A DNA stretch of 63,711 nt, filler included, from Octopus bimaculoides (GCF_001194135.2; 5 parts of 3 records of this genome joined end to end with filler, not necessarily neighbours in it); one strand, 5' to 3'; numbered from the whole stretch's first letter, positions 1 to 12,950 are shown. Numbers and translations: made by a program. The notes: generated from the letters alone by a model not told the origin.

Positions 1-67
<67 letters not shown>

Positions 68-90
68 GTATGTATGCATGTATGTATACA
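1..90. repeat. (TA)n then (TATG)n microsatellite
   Basis: Direct reading of the sequence. Confidence 0.95.
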
Positions 91-135
91 TTTGTACACA
101 GATACGTTTATATAAAATGTAAAATGTATACACAG

Positions 136-448
136 CCTCTACACGAAGCTCTATGGTTTCTCATCCGTTTCTCCGACCTCCATTCCAGTTGCCAAGCCTT
201 GGATGGAGTCGAAATCTTACAGTCATTTCCTCGCCGGAAGTTCTGTTGGCGCCATTGTTGTCGGGGTCCTTGCATTACCCAACGTAAACTTGGCACAGCT
301 CATCGACTGCCACCAACTGCTGGCTTCACTTAGGCCACCATCATCACGGCTCTTCCGCAAACACCACCGCCACCTACCCCAATCACGCCTTCAAACATCG
401 TCGTCAATGGCAAGTAACATGAGATCTCGGATCAAACGAACGCTTCCG
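136..448 (+). CDS. Possible isolated coding exon, product unknown
   Basis: GC-richer island between microsatellites. Frame 137-448 is open (LYTKLYGFSS...RIKRTLP), bounded by cacAG at 135 and GTattg at 449. Weak polypyrimidine tract, no recognisable domain. Confidence 0.2.
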
Positions 449-519
449 GTATTGTCTGTCTCTGGCTCTGCACTTGTCTGTCTCGTTTGTCTGCACATAT
501 GTCGGTCGACTGTTTGTTT

Positions 520-860
520 GTTTCTCTCTCTCTCTTTCTCTTTCTCTCTCTCCCTCTCTCTCTCTCTCCTCTCTCTCTCTCTTCTTTTCTTTCTTTCTTT
601 CTTTCTCTCCTCTCTCTCTCCCTCTCTCTCTTTCTCTCTCCTTCGCTCTCCCTCTCTCTTTCTTACTCTCTTACAAACATTGTCTCTCCTTCCCTCTTTC
701 ATTCTCCCTTTCTTTCCGACTGCCCTCTCTTTTGTCACACCCGGACACACACACATGTATGTATGTATGCATGTATGTATGTATGTATGTATGTATGTAT
801 GTATGTATGTATGTATGCACGTATGCACGCATGCATGCATACATACATACATACATGCAT
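520..860. repeat. CT-rich and (TATG)n microsatellites
   Basis: Direct reading; source of the spurious ORFs at 391-942. Confidence 0.95.
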
Positions 861-1450
861 ATGCATGTATGCACGTACTAACATAAATTTACGTATGAAT
901 GTATATATGAATGTATGTACATATTTATGGGTTTATAAATGAATGTATGCGTATTTGTGTAAATATGAAACAGCCATTCTGTCTTTCTATGTCAGATTTA
1001 AGATACGACTTCGTTCGAGATTAACATATTTTCTTAAAATGTCCATATTTCCTTATTAATCTTTTTGTTTTGGTTAGTAACAACAACATTCGTACATTAT
1101 TAATATTTCAAGACCTTCTTGTTCTCATCATCTCAATGAACCGATATAGTGGCGAGCAGCAGTGAGCAGCAAAGTGTCATGGAGTTAATGTTGTATCAGA
1201 TAAAATCATCATCGCCGGATCTAAATATATTTAACCATTAAATTGTAGTAACTTTCATCATTTACTTTATGTGTGTTGTACGTGGCTGTTAAGTTTTATT
1301 TTGTATTTTGCTACTAGTAAACGTTCCTTGGTTAATCAAGAATTTTTGTAGAATTCTATACAGGATGGTAATGCTGTCAGTTGATACACGTTTGTATATG
1401 TATCTGTGTTTGTGCATCTCTCCCTCTCCCTCTCCCTCCCCTTCTCACTG

Positions 1451-1499
<49 letters not shown>

Positions 1500-1586
1500 A
1501 CAGACAGACAGACAGACAGATACACGCGCGCGCGTACACACACTCACATACGCAGGGAGATAGATAGATATGTGTGTGGCGGGTGT

Positions 1587-1627
<41 letters not shown>

Positions 1628-1655
1628 CGTGCGTGTGTGTGTGTGTGTGTATGTG
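1451..1655. repeat. (TCTA)n, (CAGA)n and (GT)n microsatellites
   Basis: Direct reading. Confidence 0.95.
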
Positions 1656-1699
1656 TATATCTATTCATCTAAATTTTCTGAAATATGACCTAAAATTAA

Positions 1700-1960
1700 A
1701 TACTTGTTCAAACCTTGGACGGAGCTGCTACTACACACAACTAACATTAAATAAAGGCCATTCTACTTATTTGACAAATTTAACGAAACATTCCATAGGC
1801 GCATTGTCTTACCTGTGGAAATTACGACTGCTTCTGCTCCTCTCAAATACCTATAACATAACACTTCTAGCCATATCAAGCAAACTTTTTTTTCCTCTTG
1901 TCACCCAAACTACATCTCAGACCTAGTCCTAACTCTAAGTGCCCATACCAATCTTCAATC
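1700..1960 (+). mobile_element. Degenerate Penelope-like element, C-terminal GIY-YIG region
   Basis: Translation ALSYLWKLR...TYNITL resembles the LSxYIWKLKD..YNITW motif of Penelope-like elements. Confidence 0.4.
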
Positions 1961-2025
1961 TTTAAGAGTCTAAATTTTCTTTCATTCACATATTTAACAA
2001 TTACACCTTTCATAAGATTTGTATA

Positions 2026-2270
2026 TTATTATTTCGTCCGTCGTTGACGACGATGACTAGGGTCATCACATAGGAGAAAAATACGGTCATAGTATGTCTG
2101 ACTGTGGTCAATCAGTCCGATGCCTGATCGAAAGGCTCTGCCACTGCTCGGGCACTGGTGGTCAGCTGGGACTGAAAGCAAGGAATTGGCTCTGGACTCA
2201 GGTAGTTTTCTTCGCGCCTCTACAATCCTGTTCTGTTCGTAGGAAGCGGCCATTATAATCAAGCTAACCA
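2026..2270 (-). mobile_element. RTE-clade LINE, 3' terminal fragment
   Basis: ORF 2029-2262 contains HQCPSSGRAFRSGIGLIDH, a decayed RTE C-terminal CPxCGRxFRSRIGLxSH motif, followed by GACGGACGAA and a (TAA) tail. Confidence 0.75.
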
Positions 2271-2582
2271 GAAACTACTTCAATACCACCGCGTCCTAGA
2301 ACTTGCAAAGGACACCGCTCCTTCCTCCTAACTAAACTGTTAAGTTAGTATCACAGTTGCAGAGTGGAGAGGGGTGTTCTTTTAATCTTTTACAGCTTTA
2401 GGCATTGGACTGTGTTCATTATAAGGAATTACACCTTGAATGATATTGTTCACCATACAACTACACTGCTGTGGCTCTAGTTTTATCACCCTTGTAAAGA
2501 GAGAAAAATGAACTGCAAAACTGACATGATCGCAATTTAAACTACAAAAGCCACCCGATGAAAGTAACGAAATACCACACGG

Positions 2583-2800
2583 TATTCTTTTTCTACTCTG
2601 GGTACAAGGCCCGAAATTTGGGGGGATGGGGGCTAGTCGATTAGATCGACCCTAGTATGTAACTGGTACTTAATTTATCGACCCCGAGAGGATGAAAGGC
2701 AAAGTCGACCTCGGCGGAATTTGAACTCAGAACGTAAAGACAGACGAAATACCGCTAAGCATTTCGCCCGGCGTACTAACGTTTCTGCCAGTTCGCCGCC
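2583..2800 (-). mobile_element. tRNA-derived SINE, family A, near-complete copy
   Basis: GGCGGCGAACTGGCAGAAACG head, B-box-like GAGTTCAAATTCC, core GCCTTTCATCCTCTCGGGGTCGATAAA..GTACCAG; about ten similar copies in the window. Confidence 0.85.
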
Positions 2801-3300
2801 ATTGCAATTTAATTAGATATAAAAAGAAGCTAAAAACAAATAACAACAAAAGTAAATCACGTACAAAAGTTGGTGGAGCAACCTTGTCACTGAGCAATCC
2901 TCAGCACTTTATGTGTGAAAGTCACAAATACGTGAATATTTCTCACATTCATTCAATCTAAAGCTGTGAATTGTATTTAAACAGTTTGGCATACAGTGAT
3001 GTTTCATGTATGTAGGAGATCAACGACTGGAAGTTGTAGTTTCTATACCAAGCTGCTTCTAAAGCCACTCCTTGCTTGCAACAGAAAAGTTCTCGTAATT
3101 ATTGTTTTCATGTCAATCTTTATTCATTATTATATCAAGACTATCTACTTCTCTAAATCCCACACAATCCTAATTCCCTCTCTCTCAATCATTCTTTATA
3201 AATGAATGTGTAGACAGGTGCGTGTATGCGAGTGCATATGTATAATTATGTGTGTATGTACATATATATAAACATTAGTTCTTGTGTCATTATATACATG

Positions 3301-3637
3301 ATAAAAAGTCAGGGTACAATATGTACCCGTTTGCTTGACAAAGGAGTTAAAACCCTCCAAGACCACGCATCTCTCATTATATTTAAACACGCACGGAGAA
3401 TATAGCAAACATATTTCTCCGAAATAATGCTCCCCCTTGAAAGATACAGAAAGCGAAATCACTTGATATTAGGATGTCTACGTTCTTATTTGTATTTTAC
3501 TAAATGAATCTTACAAGTGGGAGCATTATTTCGGAAATATGTATTTGCTATATTCTCCGTGCGTGTTTAAATATAGTGAGAGATGAGTGGTTTTGGAGGA
3601 TTTTAAAATGTGTACAAATTGTACCCTGACTTTTTAT
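3301..3637. mobile_element. Unclassified foldback/MITE-like inverted repeat
   Basis: 3301-3320 is the exact reverse complement of 3618-3637. 3348-3441 pairs with 3511-3604 with few mismatches; spacer about 70 nt. Confidence 0.8.
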
Positions 3638-3722
3638 TATTTATTTTGTTTGTTTGAATTATGTTTGCTGGCCACTTTATCATTATTTTTATAGATAGTG
3701 GTACCTTATTTGAATTTTAAAA

Positions 3723-3768
<46 letters not shown>

Positions 3769-4619
3769 TCCGTTTTGGGATTTGGTTTGCATGATTCTTT
3801 ATGTGAGTTCGTGTGTTGAAGCATATTCTGTTGTGTCTGGGGAGAGTCATTCTCTTTTAGTGCCTTCTAATTTCACACACTCACCGCTACAGTTTCCACT
3901 CGTTTCCTTCTTTATTTCTCTAAAATTTTCGTTGCGTCTTGCAACCTTTTCAATAGTTGCTGACTCAGTTCGTTATTCACACTGCGTTCTTTTTGTTTGT
4001 TTGTGCGCATGTGTGGGGATCATTGTACGTGTGTGCATATACATGTATGTATGTATGCATGCATGTGTGTATGCATGTATGTGTGTGTGTGCATATGCAT
4101 ATATGCATTGTGTGTATGTATTCTGCATATTCATGTTTGTGTATCAGTGTTTGTATGTTTTTGTGTATGTATGTGTTTGTGTGTGTGTGTGTGTGTGTTT
4201 GCATGTGTGTGTGTACCTCTGTCTCCTTGTATGTACATGTCAGAGTGTGCGTATATGCGTGTGTTTGTGTGTGTGGGGGGGCTTTTTTGCAACTATGTCC
4301 TGTTTGTATGTACGGATGTGTATCTCCATATATGTGGACGTGTGTCTCCGTATGTGTCCTTGTGTGAATTGAAGTGTGTGTGTGTGTATATATGGTCTTG
4401 TGTTTCAGTCTTCATTTGTGTATGTGTGGTTGTCTGTTCATATAACCTATATAGCTATGTACCTATGTACCGTCTGTATGTCTATCTGTTTACTTTCATG
4501 TCTATATTCCTACATACATGTGCATATACATATACACATATACACATACCCACACCCACACCCAAACATACATACATCTATCTACATAACAGTACACTAA
4601 CTATTCTACTCTGCCTGTA

Positions 4620-5400
4620 TCAACTGCGGGCATGGGAGTATGATATCTACTACGTATATTTCCTATTTAGTATTGGGGAAGATTCATTTATGAGGACGTA
4701 CTCCTATATTTGTCTGAGTGTTGGGTCTTTTGGGTCTTTTATCTTCGCAAAAACCGGTATAGTTTTTCTTTTCACTTACATCATCTTGAAGACAGAGTTT
4801 ATCCAACGTCTGGTTTCATGTGCAAGATTCCGGATCTCGACAGTTACAACTGGGACTAAGCTCTTGGTGAGGTTCCTCATATTGGAACAGCAGCTGTGTA
4901 ATATTTTTGTCGAGCACCTGTTAAAAATGCTTCTGTACTTATAGTTTGCTGGGAAATTCTTTTGTAAAAGAGTAGAGAATTTCTTGTTTACCTTAGTTTT
5001 AGCACTAAGAGAGGAGGGATGAAGTAAACCATATTATTTTCCTAGGACAGTTTTTAGATCTGTTTTTAGGTTCAGTACTTTTAATTGAAGGATTATAATA
5101 TATCTTATCATTGAAATCGTCCTTAGCTCCGGCATTGTTATAGAAGGGGGCTGGCTTATGAAAAGTTTTCTTTCAAGAGGCCACATTAGATATCATGTAT
5201 ATAAGAAAGTTTCTCATGATAGGGCTTATTAGAGCAAGAGTTTAGGTCTCCGGAAACATCTGAGAAATTCACTTTGGACATATTAGTGATAACAGTAATC
5301 CTGAGGTCTAATTGATTAAAGGTATATGCTAGTTTCTTACTAAATTTATCGTGTGAATCCCCATTACTTATTCCGCAGAGAAATAATTGCTATATAAAGA
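4620..5400 (-). mobile_element. Degenerate Penelope-like element (RT thumb and linker)
   Basis: Frameshifted translation KKLAYTFNQLDLRITVITNMSKVNFSDVSGDL..KPY, RKIIWF, KKFSTLLQKNFPANYKYRSIFNR, SCNCR matches the conserved Penelope-like ORF pattern. Confidence 0.75.
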
Positions 5401-5697
5401 AGGTTGCGGAATGTCGTAATCTTAAGGAAATCAATTATATAAATAAATATATTCACCTCTCATATTTCCTAACTTTTTATTGTTCATATATAGTTCAACT
5501 CCCTTGTTCAAAAATATAAGGACGCAGATAGTGTGTAGTATTGCCAGCTGAAGACGATGTTTCCTGGGGCTAAATAACAGTAACAATCGTCCTAATCAGG
5601 ACTGCCACGTTATGTTGGCAAATAATCTTTACTCTAGAGTACTGTTGCTGAATGTCTCTCGTTCAGAGATTTAGAAATAATAATTTTTCTACATACA

Positions 5698-5737
<40 letters not shown>

Positions 5738-5779
5738 TATATATGTGTTTGTATTTGTATTTGTGTGTGGTTGAACGTG

Positions 5780-6170
5780 TGAATAATGATAATGAACAAC
5801 ACATGGACGTCAAGCATCATCATAGCAAATCACCCGCACCACCACCACCAACAACACTATTATCACTACCACCATGTCTAACACCACCACATCTACACAA
5901 AAAGGAACAAAAAAAAAAGCAGCACACCCTAACACAGCCATTACACAATTTATTACTACAACAACCACCAAAACTAATACCACAACAACAATAACAACCT
6001 TTTTTAATAACAGGCCCAACTAAACAACTTTATCAATTGCCCTGCCAACAGTGACGCCTACATCATCACTAACACAATCATTACAACCACCACTATCACT
6101 ACCACCATCACCATCACCACCACCACTATCTCCACCACCTACACTATCATCACCACCAACCCCGGTAACA
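5780..6170. repeat. Degenerate (CAC)/(CAA) low-complexity tract
   Basis: Direct reading. Confidence 0.85.
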
Positions 6171-6483
6171 ATTGTTCCCATCCATTTTCTCTAGAACGAC
6201 TTCCGTCCTTCAATATCGGCTTCGAATTTCTACAACCATTTATATATATTTATCTATTTATGTATTTAGTTTTTTTTTTATATTGCTATTTATTTTTTTA
6301 TGCTGTACTATTTGTTTATATTTTGCCTATTTATTTAATCTTTCATATATATATATATATATATATCACACGTATATATCTATATATATTTTTCTTGTTA
6401 TAGTTTGCTTCAGGCGTTATATCGTGTCACTCTCTAAACGTGACATTTCAGCTATCCTACACATTAAGGCTTCACGTCTAGTC

Positions 6484-6485
6484 CA

Positions 6486-6540
<55 letters not shown>
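6484..6540. repeat. (CTA)n microsatellite
   Basis: Direct reading. Confidence 0.95.
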
Positions 6541-6862
6541 TATTTCAATAATATTACTACCTTTACTACAACTACTACTACCATTAATACTATATATAAT
6601 ACTAAATAATCGTAGGGTTTTCATTATTACAGTCATCAATTTATTGTTTTTTTATATCTATTAATTTTCTTTTCTTTCTCGTTTTTTTTTTAATGACCTT
6701 ACTTCTGTGCCCTTGTGGCAAATAAAAAAAGCGTTATTATACTTGATATTATAATTGTTATTATAAGAGGTGGTGTGTGGCAAAATCGGTTGAACACCAC
6801 CAAAAATATCGTGCGGTTTCTAGTTACGTTTGGTGTCAGCATTATGCTTAATCTCCCTCTGA

Positions 6863-6913
<51 letters not shown>

Positions 6914-7245
6914 CATATATGCATGTATATATTTCTATACATATATATGCGTACACACACGCGCACACACACAGACACACTCACATATACATATATATAG
7001 ATGCATATATATATATANNNNNNNNNNNNNNNNNNNNNNNNNNNNNNNNNNNNNNNNNNNNNNNNNNNNNNNNNNNNNNNNNNNNNNNNNNNNNNNNNNN
7101 NNNNNNNNNNNNNNNNNNNNNNNNNNNNNNNNNNNNNNNNNNNNNNNNNNNNNNNNNNNNNNNNNNNNNNNNNNNNNNNNNNNNNNNNNNNNNNNNNNNN
7201 NNNNNNNNNNNNNNNNNNNNNNNNNNNNNNNNNNNNNNNNNNNNN

Positions 7246-8462
7246 ATCCCATAAGTTCTGTCCGAATTTTGAATAAAGAAAACAAGTGATCAAATGTTAT
7301 ATTTAATTGAAATTTAATTATCAATATGCTTTTCCTGATTATCTATGACTTCCTTCCATCTATTTAGAAGCTTTTTGATCCCATCAATGTAAACTTCATT
7401 TGGTTTCAAAGCAAAGACCTCCTCCTGGCTTGCAAAAGTTATGTCCCCCAAATGATTCTCTAAACTATGAAACAAATAATAGTCTGAAGGAGCAAGGTCG
7501 GGAAAATAGGGTGGATGAGGAATTCTTTCCCAACCAAGCTCTTCGATCTTCTGTGATGTGATCTTTGCATTGTGGGTGTTGCGCATTGTCCTGATGAAAC
7601 ATCACTCATTTTCGATTCAGTAAAGCGGGTCATTTTTTCTTCAAAGCTTGGTTCAAACGCTCTAATTGCTGAAAGTAGACTTGAGCATTGATTGTTGCAT
7701 TAGGTGGTAACAATTTAAAGTGAATTACTCCTTTGCAATCCCACCAGATAGAGAGAAGAACCTTTTCCCCATGAAGTTCCTTTCTCGGTTGTGGGTGAGC
7801 TTTTTCTCTTTTACCAAACCACTGTTTACGACGTTTAACATTTCGATAGAAGATCCATTTTTTGTCTGTGAGAATGGAAAGAAGAGTAGATGTCAACTCG
7901 GGATTTGTGGTTGCTTTCAAACAATTCATGACGCACACATTTTCCAAGTTTAGGAACCTTTTCAAGTTGTTGAAGATGACGATGAACGGTTGCATGGTTT
8001 GAACTAAGCTTTATTGCCAATTCTTCAACTGATAATGCAGTATTTTCTTCAAGTAATTCCCCAAGCAGCTTATCATCAAACTTAACTGGACGCCCTGTTC
8101 GATCTTCATTTCCAAGGCTGAACTCTCCACTTCTGAATTTTGCAAACCATCTTCTGCAAGTTCTTTCATTCAAGCATTCTTTCCCATAAACTGAGTGTAT
8201 GTTTCGGGTCGCTTCGGCTGCAGAGTTTCCTTTTTCGTACTCATAAAGCATTATGTGCCTCAAATGCTCTTTGGATACTTCCATGTTAGAAAGGGTTTTA
8301 ATCAAAGAAATTTTAATTCTATTATTCTGTAAAATAATTAGTTTAAATGTACACAAATGCATTTAAAAATTTTTTTTATTCCATTAAACATTCTGAAATA
8401 CTATTAAATTTCATTCAATTTTATAAAAGGTAAAATCGGACAGAACTTATGGGATGACCTGA
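7246..8462 (-). mobile_element. Near full-length mariner transposon
   Basis: TIRs: ATCCCATAAGTTCTGTCCGA at 7246-7265 (outer part lost in gap) and its reverse complement at 8436-8455, ending GACCTGA then TA at 8463-8464; transposase remnants between. Confidence 0.95.
7314..8284 (-). pseudogene. Mariner D,D34D transposase pseudogene
   Basis: MEVSKEHLRHIMLYEY..RRWFAKFRSG HTH, CVRHEL (WVPHEL-like), TDKKWI, VLLSIWWD, FHQDNA and YFPDLAPSDY, split over three frames by frameshifts and stops. Confidence 0.93.
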
Positions 8463-8466
8463 TATA

Positions 8467-8498
<32 letters not shown>

Positions 8499-9668
8499 NN
8501 NNNNNNNNNNNNNNNNNNNNNNNNNNNNNNNNNNNNNNNNNNNNNNNNNNNNNNNNNNNNNNNNNNNNNNNNNNNNNNNNNNNTGTACTATTATATTTCG
8601 ATCGAGTCAGACATTTGTTACTCAGAGTTTTGCCTCTAAATGCGCGGAGTATTCAGGCAAGTTACGACAGTCGTAACATGTCTCGTTTTACAATACATAA
8701 TTTCTTCTGATCGACAACTGTAATATTGTTATTATCCCTGTTGTTGTTATTGTTATTATTATTGTTATTTTTTAATATTGTTATCCATAATCAACAAAAG
8801 ACTTGCGTTAGCAGAATTGGTAAAACGCCTAAACCAATACCTTTGTGTTACGCCTATTTAAATATTAGTCTCACATCTGTGTGCACGTGTGTGTATACAT
8901 GTAATTATACCTGTTCCTGTATGTATATAAATGAGTGCGTAAACGTAGAAGTATATATGTATACACATATGTATAGGCGTACAAATATATGTGTATATTG
9001 GTTTGGTGTGTACATGTGCAAATTAATATACTTGACCCTGTGAATATATACTATTATATGTTTGTATATATGCATGTTTTTGTCTGTACACAATCTCCAA
9101 AAACCAGGATTACTGTCCCTTGTATGAATAGATATATTGTGATGATTCAACTGTTAAAGCGCATTTAGCTTCAAAACTTTAAAAAACTGGAATAACCACG
9201 CAGATAACAGAGAACTGTAAAACCAAGATAATGATGATGTCAGAAGAGAACTGTCCTTCGTATGCAGAGAATGTTGAGTTCTGTTCTTCTGATAGTAACG
9301 TATACAGTTATGTCTGTGCAGCCGATAACGTGTGGAGAAAAGCTGTGTCCTATCGACAGCAACCCACGCAAAAGTAGCAATTCTCGTTAGCTACGCATGT
9401 TGATTTGCAGCGTATTAATCACTGTTTGTTCGATAAACTTAATACAGTTAATTTGCTCGTCAGGTAAAGTTGTATGTGTGAGATCGTGTCGCCCATATGA
9501 TATGAAATACTTACTCATCGTCATACAAGAGATATTCATTAAAAAACTTTCAGATTTCGAAAAATAAAAAAAAATAATAATAAACTGCTAAGATTGACCT
9601 TAATCGAATGTGTTCTCCCACTTAAAATTTGAGGCATTCTGTCTTTGTTAGAAACTCTTCGGCTGAAT

Positions 9669-9670
<2 letters not shown>

Positions 9671-9723
<53 letters not shown>

Positions 9724-9970
9724 CAGAAGCAGCAGCAGCAGCAGTTGCAGCAACAACAGCAGCCGCAGCAAACGTACTACTACTACTTCGATGGCAACAG
9801 CTTCTACTTGTGCTGCTGCTGCTACTACTACTACTACTACTGCTACTACTACTGCTACTACTACTGCTACTACTACTGCTACTACTACTACTGCTGCTGC
9901 TGCTGCTACTACTATTACTACTATTACTACTACTACTACTACTACTACTACGACGACGACGACGACGACT
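9671..9970. repeat. Compound trinucleotide array (AGT)17-(AGC)5 ... (GCT)4-(ACT/GCT)n-(GAC)n
   Basis: Direct reading; the two halves are reverse complements. Confidence 0.95.
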
Positions 9971-10494
9971 ACTTAAGGCGGTGACGTTGCTTGTGGAATT
10001 AGTTGCAAAACAATATTGAGTAATCTAATACTCATTTTCGTAGTTCGATTCCAGCCGACGTTGATTTGTACCTGTAATGTTGTCACGTATTTTAAATGTC
10101 GACTCGCTGTTAAATTATATACCAGGTTATCTCCCCTACATATCTTCATTAAAGTGGACTGTGCCTCCCAATGACATCACTTTCTAGCAAGGTCAAACAA
10201 ATGGTTTGAATTAGCGACTTTGATGGAAGTGTTTACTCATCAGCCACCAGTCGATACGGCTGACACTGTATCAACAACACAACAGTCAGTACGTGTTGGA
10301 GTGTGTTTGTATATGTGTGATACATACGCACTAATATATACAGACATATACAGACATATACAGACATAGCACATAAAAGTATACACATGTATATGTGTGT
10401 GTATGTTTGTATATGTTAATATGTTTATCAACATACAAACATGCGGGTATATGTATGTATATGTATATACATATACATACATATACATACATAT

Positions 10495-10525
<31 letters not shown>

Positions 10526-12912
10526 NNNNNNNNNNNNNNNNNNNNNNNNNNNNNNNNNNNNNNNNNNNNNNNNNNNNNNNNNNNNNNNNNNNNNNNNNNN
10601 NNNNNNNNNNNNNNNNNNNNNNNNNNNNNNNNNNNNNNNNNNNNNNNNNNNNNNNNNNNNNNNNNNNNNNNNNNNNNNNNNNNNNNNNNNNNNNNNNNNN
10701 NNNNNNNNNNNNNNNNNNNNNNNNNNNNNNNNNNNNNNNNNNNNNNNNNNNNNNNNNNNNNNNNNNNNNNNNNNNNNNNNNNNNNNNNNNNNNNNNNNNN
10801 NNNNNNNNNNNNNNNNNNNNNNNNNNNNNNNNNNNNNNNNNNNNNNNNNNNNNNNNNNNNNNNNNNNNNNNNNNNNNNNNNNNNNNNNNNNNNNNNNNNN
10901 NNNNNNNNNNNNNNNNNNNNNNNNNNNNNNNNNNNNNNNNNNNNNNNNNATATATATATATATACAGTATATGTGTGCACATACGTATCTACATACAGAA
11001 AGCATACATATACACATATGTGTGCGTGGTTGTGTGTATACGAAAACGTACATAAAGAAAACGCCTGCCATTAAATGTATTGTTAGATATATATATCATG
11101 TGTTTGTGTCTGTGTGTGTGTTTATATATATATATAGATAGATATATATATATACCTACATACATACTTACATGCACAAGCATACATACATGCACATATA
11201 CGCACACGTGTGTGTGTGTATTTATGTACGTATCAACATTTACAATATACACATTTCATCGGCCATTGCTCTCTTTAATGTTGATGCGATAGAAAGGAGA
11301 AAACACAAAACAAAACAAAAAACAAAAAAAGAAAGCAAAACATAAATATGGGAAGGAGGTGGAGAAGAAGGGAGAACAAATTTGCACCGTTAAAAACATA
11401 GAATTTCAAGAGATTGATCAAAAATCTCTGTTGTTGAACCAACAATTCAACCGGAAAGGAGCGGAGAGGGTGAATATAGCGGGAGTGTACATATGTATAA
11501 ATACACACACACACACACACACACATACGTACGTACGTACGTACGTACGCACGCTCACGCAGATATATATATATATATATATATATATAATGTATATGAA
11601 TATCATGATGAAGAGAGATTATGAGGCAATCAATGAGAGGAGAAAGGAGATAGAAGGATGAACTGAAAGACGAGAAAAAGCAGGAAAGAGGAAGAGAGAA
11701 AGAGAGAGGAGAAAGAGAAAGAAAGGAAAAAGGAAAGAGAGAAAATAGATAGAGATATAATGTAGGGACCTGGGTAGACGGGCGTTTGGTTGTGGGGGAG
11801 GGGCGAAGGGTGGANNNNNNNNNNNNNNNNNNNNNNNNNNNNNNNNNNNNNNNNNNNNNNNNNNNNNNNNNNNNNNNNNNNNNNNNNNNNNNNNNNNNNN
11901 NNNNNNNNNNNNNNNNNNNNNNNNNNNNNNNNNNNNNNNNNNNNNNNNNNNNNNNNNNNNNNNNNNNNNNNNNNNNNNNNNNNNNNNNNNTGTGTCTGTG
12001 TGTGTGTGCAGATAGATATAGACATATATACACACTCACAAACACATATATATATATGATATGCATATATATCTTGTCGTGCGTGTAGACGTACGTTAAT
12101 ACATACCTACGTATAATTATATGTATGTATGTATGTATGCATGTATGTATGTATGCATGTATGTATGTATGTTTTATGTATGTATGTTTGCATGCACGTA
12201 TGTATACATGCCTGTTATTTAGACACGCACCTATAACTTACATAGAGAACATATATTACATAAAATATATACAAGCCTACGTTATATAGACACGCATATA
12301 TTATATATATATATATATGTTTGTATATATATATGTATATATATACTTACATATATACATACTTACATACATACTTACATACATACATACATGCTTATGT
12401 ATGTGTATATATGTGTAGATGTATATGTATGTATGTGTTCAGGTGGAGTGGGGTTTAATGATATACGGATCGCTGAAAACAAATCGGCATATTGGAATAA
12501 AATAAATAAAATTAAATATTTTTTCTAAAATCCATTAAAATATGGGACAAACCCTACCAACCCTCGGCCATTCTTATAAACCGCAATGTATAATAACTTG
12601 TGTGTTGTAAAGCATGAGGTAAACATCGGGTTTGTTGTGACAAGGGTACTGTTTCGATTGATAGTTCATTCGAGTTTACTTCAGTTGCTGCTATTAATTC
12701 CTGAACTATCATTTAAAATTCTTTCGGCAGACGCAATTGGAATAGCACTGAATTTAAAATAGTCATCTGTCTATCATATTTATCGCATATGCACCATTAA
12801 AAGGCTTGTTGCTGTGGTTTTTGTTTGAGAGAAAATCTTTACAGACATGTCTTAAAAGCACAAAATATATCGGAACGAGACGAACAGCGTCGCTGCAGTG
12901 ATTCATGAAGAT

Positions 12913-12950
12913 GTCCGACGCGTTTCGGCTTCTTTGAACTTGTCAATGAC
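12913..12950 (-). ncRNA. Degenerate hammerhead-ribozyme-like motif, Penelope terminal-repeat remnant
   Basis: Minus strand GTCA-TTGACAA-GTTCAAAGAAGCC-GAAA-CGCGTC-GGAC; palindromic stem III ACGCGT plus GUC; two core changes and a broken stem II. Confidence 0.45.

Noticed and set aside
3997-4944. 315-aa ORF, the longest gap-free ORF
   Set aside because: First half is translated TG/TATG repeat; second half is antisense to a decayed Penelope-like ORF.
8661-8677. Perfect palindrome GTTACGAC-A-GTCGTAAC
   Set aside because: A single 8-bp inverted pair is expected by chance in 64 kb, and there is no supporting context.
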